A DNA stretch of 64,000 bases. Source: Terriglobia bacterium. Its GTDB lineage: Bacteria > Acidobacteriota > Terriglobia > Acidiferrales > UBA7541. The position numbers and the translations under genes are program-made. Shown in pieces: positions 11,169-21,610 of this stretch (the stretch's first letter is position 1; the number at the start of each line of letters is the position of its first letter). The notes beneath the pieces were generated by a model. That model saw only the letters and a list, made by a program, of their open reading frames with translations. It ran no database searches and was not told the DNA's origin. Location of the stretch: NCBI GenBank assembly GCA_963695545.1, contig OY968796.1:2784001-2848000 (forward strand). The letters are read 5' to 3'.

Positions 11169-11960
11169 ATGAACACCTGGCGCGGCAAATGGGCGCTCGT
11201 CACCGGCGCGAGCGCGGGAATCGGCAAAGCGCTCGCCACCGAGCTAGCCGCCGGCGGCGCGAACTTGGTGCTCACCGCGCGACGTCGCGATCGCCTCGAG
11301 CAATTGGCGGCGGAATTGTCAGCCAAGCACGGTGTGCGCGCCGAAGTGTGCGCAGCCGATCTCGGAACGCCCGCCGCCCCGCGTGAGATTTTTCATTTCA
11401 CCGCGAGTCGCGGCATCGACGTCGACGTGCTCATCAACAACGCCGGCTTCGGCGCCACCGGAGAATTCACCGCCATCCCCATCGAGCGCCAGCTCGAGAT
11501 GGTGCAAGTGAACTGCGCCGCAGTGACGCACCTCACGCAGTTGTATCTCGGCGGAATGGTCGCGCGCCGTCGTGGCTACGTGATGATCCTCGCGTCGACC
11601 GCCGCGTTTCAAGGCGTGCCGTACCTTTCGGTTTACGCCGCGACGAAGGGTTTCGATTTGCTTCTCGCCGAAGGACTCGCCGAGGAAATGCGGCCATACG
11701 GCGTGCGCGTCTGCGCGCTCTGTCCCGGCCAGACTGAATCCGAATTCTTCCAGGTCGCCGGCACCAGCGCGAACAAACGCTCCGGCAAACAAACGGCGGA
11801 AAAAGTTGCGCGCACTGGCCTCGTCGCGCTGGCCAAAGGAAAAAGCTTCGTAATCTCCGGCGTGATGAATAAACTCATGGCCGAATCCGAGCGCCTCATG
11901 CCGCGAAGGATTGTCGCGAGCGTCGCGGGCAGCATGTACCGGCCGAAGGGGCACGTCTGA
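11169..11960 (+). CDS. Short-chain dehydrogenase/reductase
   Basis: TGASAGIG, NNAG, YAATK; GAGGAGG SD before ATG 11169. Confidence 0.93.
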   Translation: MNTWRGKWALVTGASAGIGKALATELAAGGANLVLTARRRDRLEQLAAELSAKHGVRAEVCAADLGTPAAPREIFHFTASRGIDVDVLINNAGFGATGEFTAIPIERQLEMVQVNCAAVTHLTQLYLGGMVARRRGYVMILASTAAFQGVPYLSVYAATKGFDLLLAEGLAEEMRPYGVRVCALCPGQTESEFFQVAGTSANKRSGKQTAEKVARTGLVALAKGKSFVISGVMNKLMAESERLMPRRIVASVAGSMYRPKGHV

Positions 11961-11963
11961 GCG

Positions 11964-12230
11964 ATGGATCTCGCGGGGCTAGAGCGCCAGTTGCACGCGG
12001 AAGGTTTCCGCCACACATTCGTTTGGCAAGATGGAGCGCAGGCGAATTATCCCGATCACACCCACGCTACGGAAACCGCGCACGTGATTCTGGAAGGCGA
12101 GATGACGCTCACCACCGGCGGCGAGACCCGCACGTTCCGTGTCGGCGAGCGCTGTGATGTTCCGGCCGGAGCGGTGCACTCGGCGCGCATGGGCCCGCGC
12201 GGTTGCCGATATCTCATCGGAGAGAAGTAG
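11964..12230 (+). CDS. Cupin-domain protein
   Basis: PDHTH..E..ILEG and VPAGAVH cupin motifs. Confidence 0.85.
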   Translation: MDLAGLERQLHAEGFRHTFVWQDGAQANYPDHTHATETAHVILEGEMTLTTGGETRTFRVGERCDVPAGAVHSARMGPRGCRYLIGEK

Positions 12231-12247
12231 TCGAGCGTAGGCGCGCG

Positions 12248-13627
12248 CTAAGAAGACACTTCGCTTTGACGTGTTGTGCTCGCGTCGGCCGCGATCGCGC
12301 GATCGAGCAGCTCGATCACATGTATCACCTGTTGCCCCGTTGAATGAATTGCGGCGCCCGCGCGCAGTTGCAATAAGCAGCCCGGATTGGCAGTGACGAT
12401 CGTCGGCGCGCCGGTAGCCGCCGCGTGTTTCATCTTCTCCGTCAACAATTCGAGCGAGGCCTTCGTTTCCGTGACGTTATAAACTCCCGCCGAGCCGCAA
12501 CAAAAATCCGCCATTTTCATTTCCACGAGCTCCACGCCCGGCACTGCGCGCATCAAACGTCGCGGCGCGTCATGAATTTTCTGGCCGTGGAGAAGATGGC
12601 ACGAATCCTGATACGTCACGCGCATCGGCGCCGCGTGCAGCGGTGCGCTTAGCCCCAATTCCGCCAGAAACTCCGTGACGTCGCGCATGCGCCGCGAGAA
12701 CGTGTGCGCTCGATCGTGCGCCGCGTCGCCCTCCGCCAAAAGTTGATCGTATTCCTTCAGCGTCGAGCCGCATCCCGCGGCATTCGTCAGGATCGCGTCA
12801 AATGGCTCGGCCAGAAACGCATCAAGATTTGTTCGCGCCAGATCGCGCGCGACGTCGCGCACGCCCGCATGCGCCGCCAAAGCGCCGCAGCAAGTTTGAT
12901 TCGCCGGCACCACCACTTCGCAGCCGTTCGCCGTGAGCACGCGAATCGTGGCGCGATTGAGTTCTGCGAAACTTACTTCTGCGATGCATCCCGCAAAAAA
13001 CGCCACGCGCGCCCGACGTGGACCCTTCGCCGGAAACGTCTTGCCCAGCGCCGAATAGAAAAATTCGGAATCGATCGTCGGCATCAGCCGCTCGCGTTCA
13101 GCCAGACCAAAAAGCCGCAGCACACCGCTGGCCCTCGCCACGCGCTGCAATCCCGACCGCTGATAAAACCGCACCAGCCGAGCCGCCGCCGCGATGCGTC
13201 GCGGGTACGGCAGCAAATGCCGAAACACCAGGCTGCGCGCCGCACGCGAAGACAACGGACGCCGGTAATGCATCTCGATCTGCGCGCGCGCATCTTCCAC
13301 CAATTTCCCGTATTCGACGCCCGACGGGCACGCCGTCTCGCACGCCCGGCAATCAAGACACTGATCGATGTGCTTCACGAACGACGCGCCCAGCTCGAGC
13401 GCGCCCTGATCCACCAGCAACATCTGTCGAATGCGCCCGCGCGGAGAATCGGCTTCCAGTCCCCAAAGTTTGTAGGTGGGACAATGATTCAGGCACAGAC
13501 CGCAGTGAATGCAGCGCGCGTAATCTTCATACTGCGGCGCGTCCGGACCCGAAAATCCGCTGCGCGCCGGTTGGTTCAGCGCAACAGCCTCGGCATCCGC
13601 GTCGCCGCCGGTCGCCGCGTTATGCAT
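12248..13627 (-). CDS. glcF: Glycolate oxidase Fe-S subunit
   Basis: CIHCGLCLNHCPT and CLDCRACETACPS clusters, two CCG domains, TANPGC; downstream of glcDE. Confidence 0.9.
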   Translation of the reverse strand: MHNAATGGDADAEAVALNQPARSGFSGPDAPQYEDYARCIHCGLCLNHCPTYKLWGLEADSPRGRIRQMLLVDQGALELGASFVKHIDQCLDCRACETACPSGVEYGKLVEDARAQIEMHYRRPLSSRAARSLVFRHLLPYPRRIAAAARLVRFYQRSGLQRVARASGVLRLFGLAERERLMPTIDSEFFYSALGKTFPAKGPRRARVAFFAGCIAEVSFAELNRATIRVLTANGCEVVVPANQTCCGALAAHAGVRDVARDLARTNLDAFLAEPFDAILTNAAGCGSTLKEYDQLLAEGDAAHDRAHTFSRRMRDVTEFLAELGLSAPLHAAPMRVTYQDSCHLLHGQKIHDAPRRLMRAVPGVELVEMKMADFCCGSAGVYNVTETKASLELLTEKMKHAAATGAPTIVTANPGCLLQLRAGAAIHSTGQQVIHVIELLDRAIAADASTTRQSEVSS

Positions 13628-14228
13628 GCGCTGCCATCCGCGCTTCCAGATTGGCTTTCACGTCAGGCCATTCCTCTTCGATGATGCTGAACCACACGCT
13701 GTGCCGGAAACTGCCGTCGTGCGTAATCATATGGTTGCGAAACACGCCTTCGGGCTGCGCACCCAGAGCGGCGATCGCGGTTTGCGATTGAGAATTTCTG
13801 TGGTGCGTCTTGAACGAGACCCGGATCGCGCCCAGCACTTCAAACGCGTGCCGCAGTTGCAGATATTTCGCATCCACGTTTATTCCCGAGCGCTGCCACG
13901 CCGGCGCGATCCAGGTGCCGCCGATCTCGAGGCCGCGATTGCGCGCGTCGATATCCATGTAGCGCGTCGAACCAATAATTTTTCCGCTGTCGACGCTCCT
14001 CGTCACCCACGGCAGCGCCTTGCCCAGCGCCGCGTGCTCGAGAGCCTCTTGCATCCACGCCCGCAGGTCTGCCTCGGATGTCACGCGCGTCCGCGTCCAT
14101 CGCCAAATTTCCGGAGCTAACGCCACCTCGGCCAGCGCCGGCAGGTGGTCCATGCGCATCGGCTCGAGCCGTACGAGTCGCCCTTCGAGCACCACCGGCT
14201 CGACCACCATCGGTTTTCGTTCGCTCAC
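13620..14228 (-). CDS. GNAT family N-acetyltransferase (RimJ/RimL-like)
   Basis: LEGRLVRLEP, LEIGGTW, SQTAIAALGA..EG..R; GTG at 14228 lies 7 nt after TGaTAGACT (alternative ATG 14210). Confidence 0.88.
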   Translation of the reverse strand: MSERKPMVVEPVVLEGRLVRLEPMRMDHLPALAEVALAPEIWRWTRTRVTSEADLRAWMQEALEHAALGKALPWVTRSVDSGKIIGSTRYMDIDARNRGLEIGGTWIAPAWQRSGINVDAKYLQLRHAFEVLGAIRVSFKTHHRNSQSQTAIAALGAQPEGVFRNHMITHDGSFRHSVWFSIIEEEWPDVKANLEARMAAHA

Positions 14229-14298
14229 AAAATTGAGTCTATCAAATTCCCGGCGGGCTCGAGGCGGAGCCCGCACCCGTGTGGAAGGCGCGATCTCA

Positions 14299-15696
14299 CT
14301 ACAACCCTCCGCAGTATCGGCCCGGAGCCAGAGCGCCGTGCGGATCGAAGATATTTTTCACACGTTGCATCAAAACGAAATCCTCGCGCGCATCGCCCCA
14401 AAGCGAAATGCGCCGCTTCAGCGCTGTAGGGCACCATTCGACGAATCCTCGCGCCGCCCCCGCTCCGTTCGATGCGGCCTCGAGTATCTCCTTGATCGCC
14501 GCCGCGAGAGACGCTTGCGCCTGATCGTTCGCAGCACCGGGCGAGCGCGGCCACAGCGCAACGTAACCTGTTCCCGCCGAACCCGCCGCTCCCAACGCCA
14601 GCGCTGCCTCCAGGTTGTGCGCGTCCGCAATCGCCGCAAGCCGCCCCGCGACCGCTGCGGCCGCGGCTGGCAGTAGCGCGATCCGTGTGATCGTCGCCGC
14701 GGCGGAATGCTCGCGTGCAAGTCTCGCGAATTCCCGAACCGCGCGCAGACAGCGCGCCGCGTCCGCGCCGCTCCACGCCTCAAATCGCGCGGCGCGCGCC
14801 TCTCGCGCCATGCGTTCAAGCTCCCGCGCGTGCCGCTCGACGATCGCCGCGCTCCCCGCCGCGGCAATCACCACGCGCCACGCGCGCGCATCGGCAGGAA
14901 ATTGCGCCGCAAGACCGGAAATTTCCGCGGCGCTCGGATCGAGCATCTCAATCGCGCGCGGCTCGAGCGCCGATGCCGCGACACCGCGGCAAAATTCGAG
15001 CGCCGCGCCCGCCGCGCCAAACGCCGCGGTGAAAACCCGCCCCTCGGCCGGCCGGGGAAAAGTACGGAAATGCACACGCGTAATCACCGCAAGCGTCCCC
15101 AGCGAGCCGATCAACAATTTATGCAAATCGTACCCCGTCACGTTCTTCACCACGCGCCCGCCGCTCTTCGCAATCTCGCCGAGCCCGGTGACGAATTCCA
15201 TCCCCAGCACGAAATCGCGCGCCGAACCGAAATGTGCGCGCAGCGGCGAATAAGCGTTCGTCGCGATGGCTCCCCCGACCGTGGCGCGCTCGGCGAACGC
15301 AACCTCGAGCGGCAAAAATTGCCCGTGCTCGCCCAGCTCGCGTTGCAATTCTTCGATGCGCACGCCCGGCTCGACGCTGAGCGTCAGATCGCCCGGATCG
15401 TAAGAGATCACGTGATTCATCGCGGAGAGGTCGAGCGCCACGTCGTAGCGCGCCGGCACGCCCCCAATCGCGAGCTTGCTGCGCCCGGAGCAGGGAATTA
15501 CGGCGAGCGCTTCGGCCGCGGCCAGCCGCACAAGTTCCGCGACGTCGCCGGCGCCGGTGGGCCGCACAACTGCCGCGGGCCGCATCCCGTCGATTTCGTA
15601 TGCCGCAAGTGACGCGTGATCGGTAAACGTGCGAGACGCGCCCAGCGATTTCTCCAGGCGCGCGATTTGCGTATCTGAAAGGAGACCTTGCTTCAT
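14299..15696 (-). CDS. glcE: Glycolate oxidase FAD-binding subunit
   Basis: ATVGGAIA, SGGRVVKNVTGYDL..LLIGSLGTL, KNIFDPHGALAPG; ATG 15696 overlaps the glcD stop. Confidence 0.88.
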   Translation of the reverse strand: MKQGLLSDTQIARLEKSLGASRTFTDHASLAAYEIDGMRPAAVVRPTGAGDVAELVRLAAAEALAVIPCSGRSKLAIGGVPARYDVALDLSAMNHVISYDPGDLTLSVEPGVRIEELQRELGEHGQFLPLEVAFAERATVGGAIATNAYSPLRAHFGSARDFVLGMEFVTGLGEIAKSGGRVVKNVTGYDLHKLLIGSLGTLAVITRVHFRTFPRPAEGRVFTAAFGAAGAALEFCRGVAASALEPRAIEMLDPSAAEISGLAAQFPADARAWRVVIAAAGSAAIVERHARELERMAREARAARFEAWSGADAARCLRAVREFARLAREHSAAATITRIALLPAAAAAVAGRLAAIADAHNLEAALALGAAGSAGTGYVALWPRSPGAANDQAQASLAAAIKEILEAASNGAGAARGFVEWCPTALKRRISLWGDAREDFVLMQRVKNIFDPHGALAPGRYCGGL

Positions 15697-17129
15697 GCCG
15701 GAAGCGCCGACCCAACCGACTGCGGCAGCACGCGCAGTTCGCCGCATCCCTTCCCGAGCGGCAAAATTTTCTGCGGGTTCAGCAAACCGTCGGGGTTGAA
15801 CGCCGCGCGCACCCGCCCCATCAGCGCCAGATCTTCCGGCGTGAACATCAACGGCATGAGCTCGTTTTTCTCCATGCCCACGCCGTGTTCGCCGGTCAGC
15901 GCCCCGCCCATCGCGATGCAATGCTCGATTATTTCGCGCGACGCCGCAACCACGCGCTCGAACTCTCCCGCATTCCGCGGATCGAACAAGATCAGCGGAT
16001 GCAAGTTGCCGTCGCCCGCGTGAAAAACATTGCCGATGCGGAAACCAGAGGCGCGGCCGATCTCCTCGATACGCCGCAGCGTTTCCGGCAGCCGCGTTCG
16101 CGGGATCACGCCGTCCAGCACGTAATAGCTCGGCGAAAGCCGGCCGATCGCGCCGAAAGCGTTCTTGCGCCCCTTCCAAAGCAGATCGCGTTCGTGCGCA
16201 TCGCGAGCCACGCGCACTTCGCGCGCGCCCCGCGCGCTGCACACCGCGGAAATTTCCGCGGCTTGCTCTTCCACCGCCTCCGACAATCCTTCCACTTCCA
16301 GCAGCAGCACCGCCGCGCAATCGCGTGGAAATCCGGCATGCACGAAATCTTCCACCGTGCGCAGCGTCCAGCCATCAAGCATTTCGCATGCCGCGGGCGT
16401 GATCCCGCGCCGTGTGATCTCAACCACCGATTCCGTCGCGTCGTCCACGCGATCGTAAACCGCCAGCAGCGTCTTCACCGCTTCCGGCACGCGCGAAAGC
16501 CGCACGGTGATTTCCGTGACCATCGCCAGCGTTCCTTCCGATCCCACCATCAGCCCCGTCAAATCGTATCCCAGCGGCTCCGCCGTTTTCCCGCCGATGC
16601 GCACCACGCGCCCGTCTTCCGGCAGCACAATCTCGAGACCCGTCACGTGATTCGTGGTCACGCCGTAAGCCAGCGTGTGCGGTCCGCCCGCGTTCTCCGA
16701 AACATTTCCGCCGATCGTGCACGATTTTTGGCTCGAAGGGTCGGGCGCGAAGTAAAGTCCCAGGTGTTCAACGGCGCGCGTGATATCCAAGTTCACCACG
16801 CCCGGTTGCACCGCGGCGCGCCGGCTCTCCGCGTCAATTTCAAGAATGCGATTCATCCGCGCGAACACCACAACGATTCCGCCCTCACGAGGCAACGCTC
16901 CACCCGAAAGGCCGGTCCCGGCGCCGCGGCCGACCAGCGGCGTCTCAAATCGCTTCGCGAGCCGCATAATTTCCGCCACGTCGCGCGTCGAACTTGGAAA
17001 GACCACGCAATCCGGCCGCGCCCGCTCGACCGATCCGTCGTATTCGTACATCAACAGGTCTTCGCGCGTGGCGAGCACCGCGTCGCGTCCCAAAAGATTC
17101 TGCAATTCGCGAATAAGTTTCGGATTCAA
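15693..17129 (-). CDS. glcD: Glycolate oxidase FAD-linked subunit
   Basis: RGAGTGLSGG, APDPSSQ..CTIGGNVSENAGG, HAGDGNLHP, GEHGVG, LNPQK. Confidence 0.93.
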   Translation of the reverse strand: MNPKLIRELQNLLGRDAVLATREDLLMYEYDGSVERARPDCVVFPSSTRDVAEIMRLAKRFETPLVGRGAGTGLSGGALPREGGIVVVFARMNRILEIDAESRRAAVQPGVVNLDITRAVEHLGLYFAPDPSSQKSCTIGGNVSENAGGPHTLAYGVTTNHVTGLEIVLPEDGRVVRIGGKTAEPLGYDLTGLMVGSEGTLAMVTEITVRLSRVPEAVKTLLAVYDRVDDATESVVEITRRGITPAACEMLDGWTLRTVEDFVHAGFPRDCAAVLLLEVEGLSEAVEEQAAEISAVCSARGAREVRVARDAHERDLLWKGRKNAFGAIGRLSPSYYVLDGVIPRTRLPETLRRIEEIGRASGFRIGNVFHAGDGNLHPLILFDPRNAGEFERVVAASREIIEHCIAMGGALTGEHGVGMEKNELMPLMFTPEDLALMGRVRAAFNPDGLLNPQKILPLGKGCGELRVLPQSVGSALPA

Positions 17130-17361
17130 GGAATGTCGCGTTCGATCGATCCTGCGCTCGACAAATTTCGCACTCGTCGAGGCTGGAATCGCGCCCTCGC
17201 GCCACTATAGTCTTCGCCCCGCGGCTGCGTCAACGCAGCGCCCGCGGTCACGGTAGCGTTCCGCCGCGCTCCATCTCTCGTCAGCGTGTTAGGGCGATGA
17301 TCGCCGGGCTTGCCGTTGCCGTCCCGCCACAGCAATATTGTTTCGAATACTCATCTTTTAC

Positions 17362-17601
17362 TTGACATTTGCTTTTACATTTGCTAATCTTCTTTATGTT
17401 CGCTCTCCGCAATTCGAATGGCACCGGGCCCTCACTTTTCCTTGGCTCGCGCCTGCGAGTGCCCAAGTCCGGCTCCATCGGCGACCGTTCCGCTTTTTGC
17501 CCACATCCCTCGTCTTTTCAATCAATTACGAACTGCTCGTGCACACATTTCCCGCAAGTCCCGTGTTCACATCATTTTATGAACTGCGTACCCGGGGGTG
17601 T
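17362..17601 (+). repeat. Dispersed AT-rich non-coding element, copy A, with its own sigma70-like promoter
   Basis: TTGACA(17362)-17-TAATCT, CAATTCGAAT(17410), TTTTCAATCAATTAC(17515), CAAGTCCC(17555), TACCCGGGGGTGT(17589); same blocks in the same order at 57288-57644. Confidence 0.6.
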
Positions 17602-17841
17602 CCCCCCCACCGCTTCCGGCCTCGCCCGCTCCGCGCGAGACACGCACACTCCTGCGCCGGCTATCCTGCTCGTCCTATTGCGCTTACCGATTTTCGAGCG
17701 ACGCCCACAAAAACCCACTCGCCAGTGCTTCCTGCATGGTGCTGTGCAATTATGCTACTCTCCGTTTTCGCCGCGCATGCGGCACAGGAATCTCGAGATT
17801 CATTTCAAGGTGCGGGCTTCACTGCGAACCCGCCAGGAAAA

Positions 17842-18843
17842 ATGCCCCGACCTCGCGTCTACGTCACACATGCGCTCTTTGAAGCCCCGCGCGCGCAGCT
17901 CGTCGCGTCTTGCGATGCCGAGTTCTGGTCCGGCTCAAGCCGCCCGACGCGCGAAGAATTGCAACGCGCCGTGGCCGCAGCCGACGGCCTCGTCTCTCTC
18001 CTCACCGACCGCATCGATGACGCGCTCCTCGCCGCCGCCCCGCGCCTGCGCATCGTCGCCAACGTCGCCGTCGGTTACGACAATCTCGATCTCGCCGCAC
18101 TTAGTCGTCGCAAAATCGCGGCGACCAACACTCCCGGCGTGCTCGACGAAACCACGGCGGATCTGGCTTGGGCGCTGCTGCTCGCCGTCGCGCGGCGCAT
18201 CGTTGAAGCCGACGCACTCGCGCGCTCCGGAAAATGGCAAATGTGGGATCTCGATCAATTCTGCGGCGCCGACGTTTGGGGCAAAACTCTCGGCGTCGTC
18301 GGATTCGGACGCATCGGCCAGGCCGTGGCGCGCCGCGCGCAAGGTTTCCGTATGCGCGTGATTTATGCCAACGGTCACCGCGTCTCCGCCGACGTCGAAA
18401 AAGAATTGCGCGCGGAATATCGCACGCTCGACGCTCTCGTCGCCGAATCCGATTTCATCTCGCTTCACGTTCCGCTGAACGACACAACGCGCCACATGAT
18501 ATCCGCTCCGCAGTTCGCCGCCATGAAGCCAGCGGCCTATCTCATCAACACCTCGCGCGGCCCCGTAATCGATGAAGCCGCGCTGATCGCCGCGCTCGCC
18601 ACCGGACGCATCGCCGGAGCCGCGCTCGACGTTTACGAGCATGAACCCAAAATTCCCGACGGCCTGCGCCGCCCCAACGTGGTGATGACGCCGCACATCG
18701 GCTCGGCCTCAATCGAGACGCGCACAAAAATGGCCATGATCGCGGTGGAAAACGTAATCGAATTTTTCGCGGGCCGCCGTCCGCCCACGATCCTGAATCC
18801 TGAGGTTTTGCCGGAAAGCACGACCAGCGCCAAGCAGCCGTAG
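17842..18843 (+). CDS. D-2-hydroxyacid dehydrogenase (glyoxylate/hydroxypyruvate reductase type)
   Basis: AVGYDNLD, TNTPGVL, GFGRIG, INTSRG, LDVYEHEP, PHIGSA; start refined to MPRPRVYVT. Confidence 0.92.
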   Translation: MPRPRVYVTHALFEAPRAQLVASCDAEFWSGSSRPTREELQRAVAAADGLVSLLTDRIDDALLAAAPRLRIVANVAVGYDNLDLAALSRRKIAATNTPGVLDETTADLAWALLLAVARRIVEADALARSGKWQMWDLDQFCGADVWGKTLGVVGFGRIGQAVARRAQGFRMRVIYANGHRVSADVEKELRAEYRTLDALVAESDFISLHVPLNDTTRHMISAPQFAAMKPAAYLINTSRGPVIDEAALIAALATGRIAGAALDVYEHEPKIPDGLRRPNVVMTPHIGSASIETRTKMAMIAVENVIEFFAGRRPPTILNPEVLPESTTSAKQP

Positions 18844-18909
18844 AATCGGCGAAGCGAGATTTATCCACCTGCGGGCTCGACATCGAGCCCGCCAGAAAAG
18901 AGGATTCCA

Positions 18910-19341
18910 ATGCCCCACGTCACGCACAATCATCCGAAACTCACGCTCGACGGCGCCAAAGCCGTTCTCGCCGCCGCCGAGCGCCGCGCCGCCGAAATCG
19001 GCGTGCCCATGAACATAGCGATCGTTGATGACGGCGGTCATCTCGCCGCCTTCAGCCGCATGGACGGCGCGAAACTTTCCTCCGCGCGCATCTCGATCGC
19101 CAAGGCGCACGCCTCCGCGATCCGGCGCATGCCCACGGGCCCCGCCAACGACGATCCGTCGAGCGTCTTGATGTCGCTCAGCCTCGCGATCACCAGCCGC
19201 GCCCACCAGACGCCCATGCGCGGCGGCCTGCCGCTCCTCGCTGACGGGCAATGCATCGGCGCCATCGGCGTCAGCAACGGTTCCGAAGAACAAGACCTCG
19301 ACGTCGCGCGCGCCGGCGTGGCCGCGCTCGCGACTCGCTAG
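18910..19341 (+). CDS. glcG: GlcG/HbpS family heme-binding protein
   Basis: IAIVDDGGHL..RMDGA, AKAHA, GGLPL..IGAIGVS; glc context. Confidence 0.85.
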   Translation: MPHVTHNHPKLTLDGAKAVLAAAERRAAEIGVPMNIAIVDDGGHLAAFSRMDGAKLSSARISIAKAHASAIRRMPTGPANDDPSSVLMSLSLAITSRAHQTPMRGGLPLLADGQCIGAIGVSNGSEEQDLDVARAGVAALATR

Positions 19342-19377
19342 CGCGCCGCGAAGTATTCGCATTCGCGCGCAATCAAA

Positions 19378-20715
19378 ATGTCCGAGCTCAAACATCTCGC
19401 GCGCACCATCTTCGATCGAACGCTCTGCGCCATCGACATTCCCGCGGCGTTCGCGCGCAAACTCTCTCGCTCCGCCACCGCGCTCGCTTGCGGCGATGAT
19501 GTTTTCGACCTCGCGCAATTCGAGCGCATTCGCGCCATCGCGTTCGGTAAAGCCGCGGTTGACATGGCGCGCAGTCTGCTTGCAACTCTCTCGTTCGATT
19601 CGTCCGGCGCTGCGCACAGAGCGCCTCACGTGGAGGGAATTCTCGTCGCCCCGTCGTTGCCGGCTGAGCCCGTGCCCGGCTTTCGCGCCATCGCCGCTGG
19701 CCATCCGCTGCCGGACGACGGCAGTCTCGAGGCCGGCCGCGCAATTCTCGATCTGCTGGCCGGCTGCGATCGTTTGACGCTCGTCTTCTTTTTACTCTCA
19801 GGCGGTGGCTCGTCGCTCGTCGAATTGCCGCTCGATTCCCGCGTCACACTGGCTGACGTGCAATCCCTGCATCGCGCTCTCGTCACCTGCGGCGCGTCCA
19901 TCGAAGAAATCAACGTCGTCAGGAAGCACGTTTCGGCCGTGAAAGGAGGCAGACTGGCCGCCGCCGCGCCCCACGCCACGAAGATCACTCTCGGCATCAG
20001 CGACGTTCCCGACGGCAGGGAATCGGCGCTCGCTTCCGGACCCACGCTCCCCGATCCTTCCACCGTTGTTGATGCGCGCCGCATCGTGCGCCGGTATGGC
20101 CTCGCCGAAAAATTGCCCGCGTCGCTCGCGCAAAAGTTTGCGCCGGGCGGCGACCTGCCAGAAACTCCGAAGCCCGGCGATCCCGCATTTCGCCGTGCGC
20201 ATTTCGCGCTCGTCCTCGGAATGCACGATTTGATTCATCCTGCGCATTGCGCCGCCGAGTCCTGCGGTTGCATCACGATCTGCGACAATTCCACCGACGA
20301 CTGGCCCGTCGCGCGCGCCGCCGATCATCTTTTGCTCCAACTCGCGCGAATTCGCGATGCGAATCCCGGTCGCCGCGTCGCGGTGATCGCCGACGGAGAA
20401 ATCTCCTCGCCGGTCACTGGCGACGGCGTCGGAGGACGCAACTCCGCGTTCGTTCTCGATTGCGTCTCGAAAATCGCGGGTCAGCCGATCGCCGTGCTGA
20501 GCGCCGGAACAGACGGCATCGACGGTTCAAGCCCCGCTGCCGGAGGCGTGGCCGACGGCGAATCGCTCGAGCGTGCGCGCGCGCTAGGCCTCGATCCAGC
20601 CGATTTCCAGCGCCGCAGCGATTCCTATTCTTTTTTTAACGCGCTGGGCGACGCGATCGAAACCGGTCCCACGGGGAATAATCTGCGCGATCTGAGGATT
20701 TTAATTGCGGAATAA
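19378..20715 (+). CDS. Glycerate kinase type 2 (MOFRL/TtuD family)
   Basis: FGKAA, GHPLPD, LSGGGSSL, RKHVSAVKGGRL, SDV, GGRN, GTDGIDG, TGPTGNNLRD. Confidence 0.92.
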   Translation: MSELKHLARTIFDRTLCAIDIPAAFARKLSRSATALACGDDVFDLAQFERIRAIAFGKAAVDMARSLLATLSFDSSGAAHRAPHVEGILVAPSLPAEPVPGFRAIAAGHPLPDDGSLEAGRAILDLLAGCDRLTLVFFLLSGGGSSLVELPLDSRVTLADVQSLHRALVTCGASIEEINVVRKHVSAVKGGRLAAAAPHATKITLGISDVPDGRESALASGPTLPDPSTVVDARRIVRRYGLAEKLPASLAQKFAPGGDLPETPKPGDPAFRRAHFALVLGMHDLIHPAHCAAESCGCITICDNSTDDWPVARAADHLLLQLARIRDANPGRRVAVIADGEISSPVTGDGVGGRNSAFVLDCVSKIAGQPIAVLSAGTDGIDGSSPAAGGVADGESLERARALGLDPADFQRRSDSYSFFNALGDAIETGPTGNNLRDLRILIAE

Positions 20716-20800
20716 TCGAGATCGGCGAAGCGCAGCGCGGCGGCTCGAAAACTTGCCGCCCCAGTGCGCTTATCTCGAAAAGTTCGAGGGCCTGAGAAAT

Positions 20801-21592
20801 CTAAAGAATGAATCGCACCGCGCCGCCATCCACCGCCACGCTCACGCCATTCACGAAACTCGCGCGCTCGGAAACCAGAAACGCCACCACCGCGGCGAAT
20901 TCTTCCGGCTGCCCCACGCGTCCCAGCGGAATTTGCGCGGCCCAGCGCTCGAAAATCTTGTCGCGCGTTTCACCCGACGCCGCGGCTCGCGTATCGGCGA
21001 GCTCGCCGAGGCGATCGGTTTGCGTGAAGCCCGGGCAAACATTGTTCACGGTGATGCCGTGCGGTCCAAATTCATTCGCCAGCGTCTTCGCGAGCCCCGT
21101 GACCGCCGCGCGAATCGAATTCGAGAGCATCATGTTATCCAGCGGTTGCTTCACCGAATTCGACGTAATCGTCACCAACCGGCCCCAGCGATTCTTCTGC
21201 ATTCGCGGCAAAACTTCGCGTGCGAAATACACAGCGCTGAGAAGCGTCAAATCGACTGCCGTGCGCCACTCCTCGATCGTAACGTTAAGAAACGGTTTCG
21301 CCGGCGGACCGCCCGCGTTCGTCACGCAAATATCCACGCGTCCAAATCGTTTTTCGACCGCCGCAACGAATTGCGCCACACGATCGGCTTGCGTCACGTC
21401 GAACGCTTCGGAATACGCGGTGCGCCCCGACGCTTCGCGAATCGCCTGCGTCGCCTGTTCCAATCGCTCCGCGCTCCGCGCGCAAATCGCGACTTCGGCC
21501 CCTTCCTTCGCCAATTCGGTCGCCACGGCGAGGCCGAGCCCTTTGCTCGCCGCCGCCACGATCGCCACGCGCCCCTTCAGTCCCAGGTCCAT
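20801..21592 (-). CDS. Short-chain dehydrogenase/reductase (atypical)
   Basis: AASKGLG, NAGGPP, SNSIRAA, ITVNNVCPG, VDGG. Confidence 0.92.
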   Translation of the reverse strand: MDLGLKGRVAIVAAASKGLGLAVATELAKEGAEVAICARSAERLEQATQAIREASGRTAYSEAFDVTQADRVAQFVAAVEKRFGRVDICVTNAGGPPAKPFLNVTIEEWRTAVDLTLLSAVYFAREVLPRMQKNRWGRLVTITSNSVKQPLDNMMLSNSIRAAVTGLAKTLANEFGPHGITVNNVCPGFTQTDRLGELADTRAAASGETRDKIFERWAAQIPLGRVGQPEEFAAVVAFLVSERASFVNGVSVAVDGGAVRFIL

Positions 21593-21610
21593 CGTGCTCC
21601 TTGCGTCGCG

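Noticed and set aside
14299..16320. 673-aa ORF read as a GlcD/GlcE fusion or frameshift
   Set aside because: The extension overlaps intact glcD in another frame; glcE starts at ATG 15696, coupled to the glcD stop.
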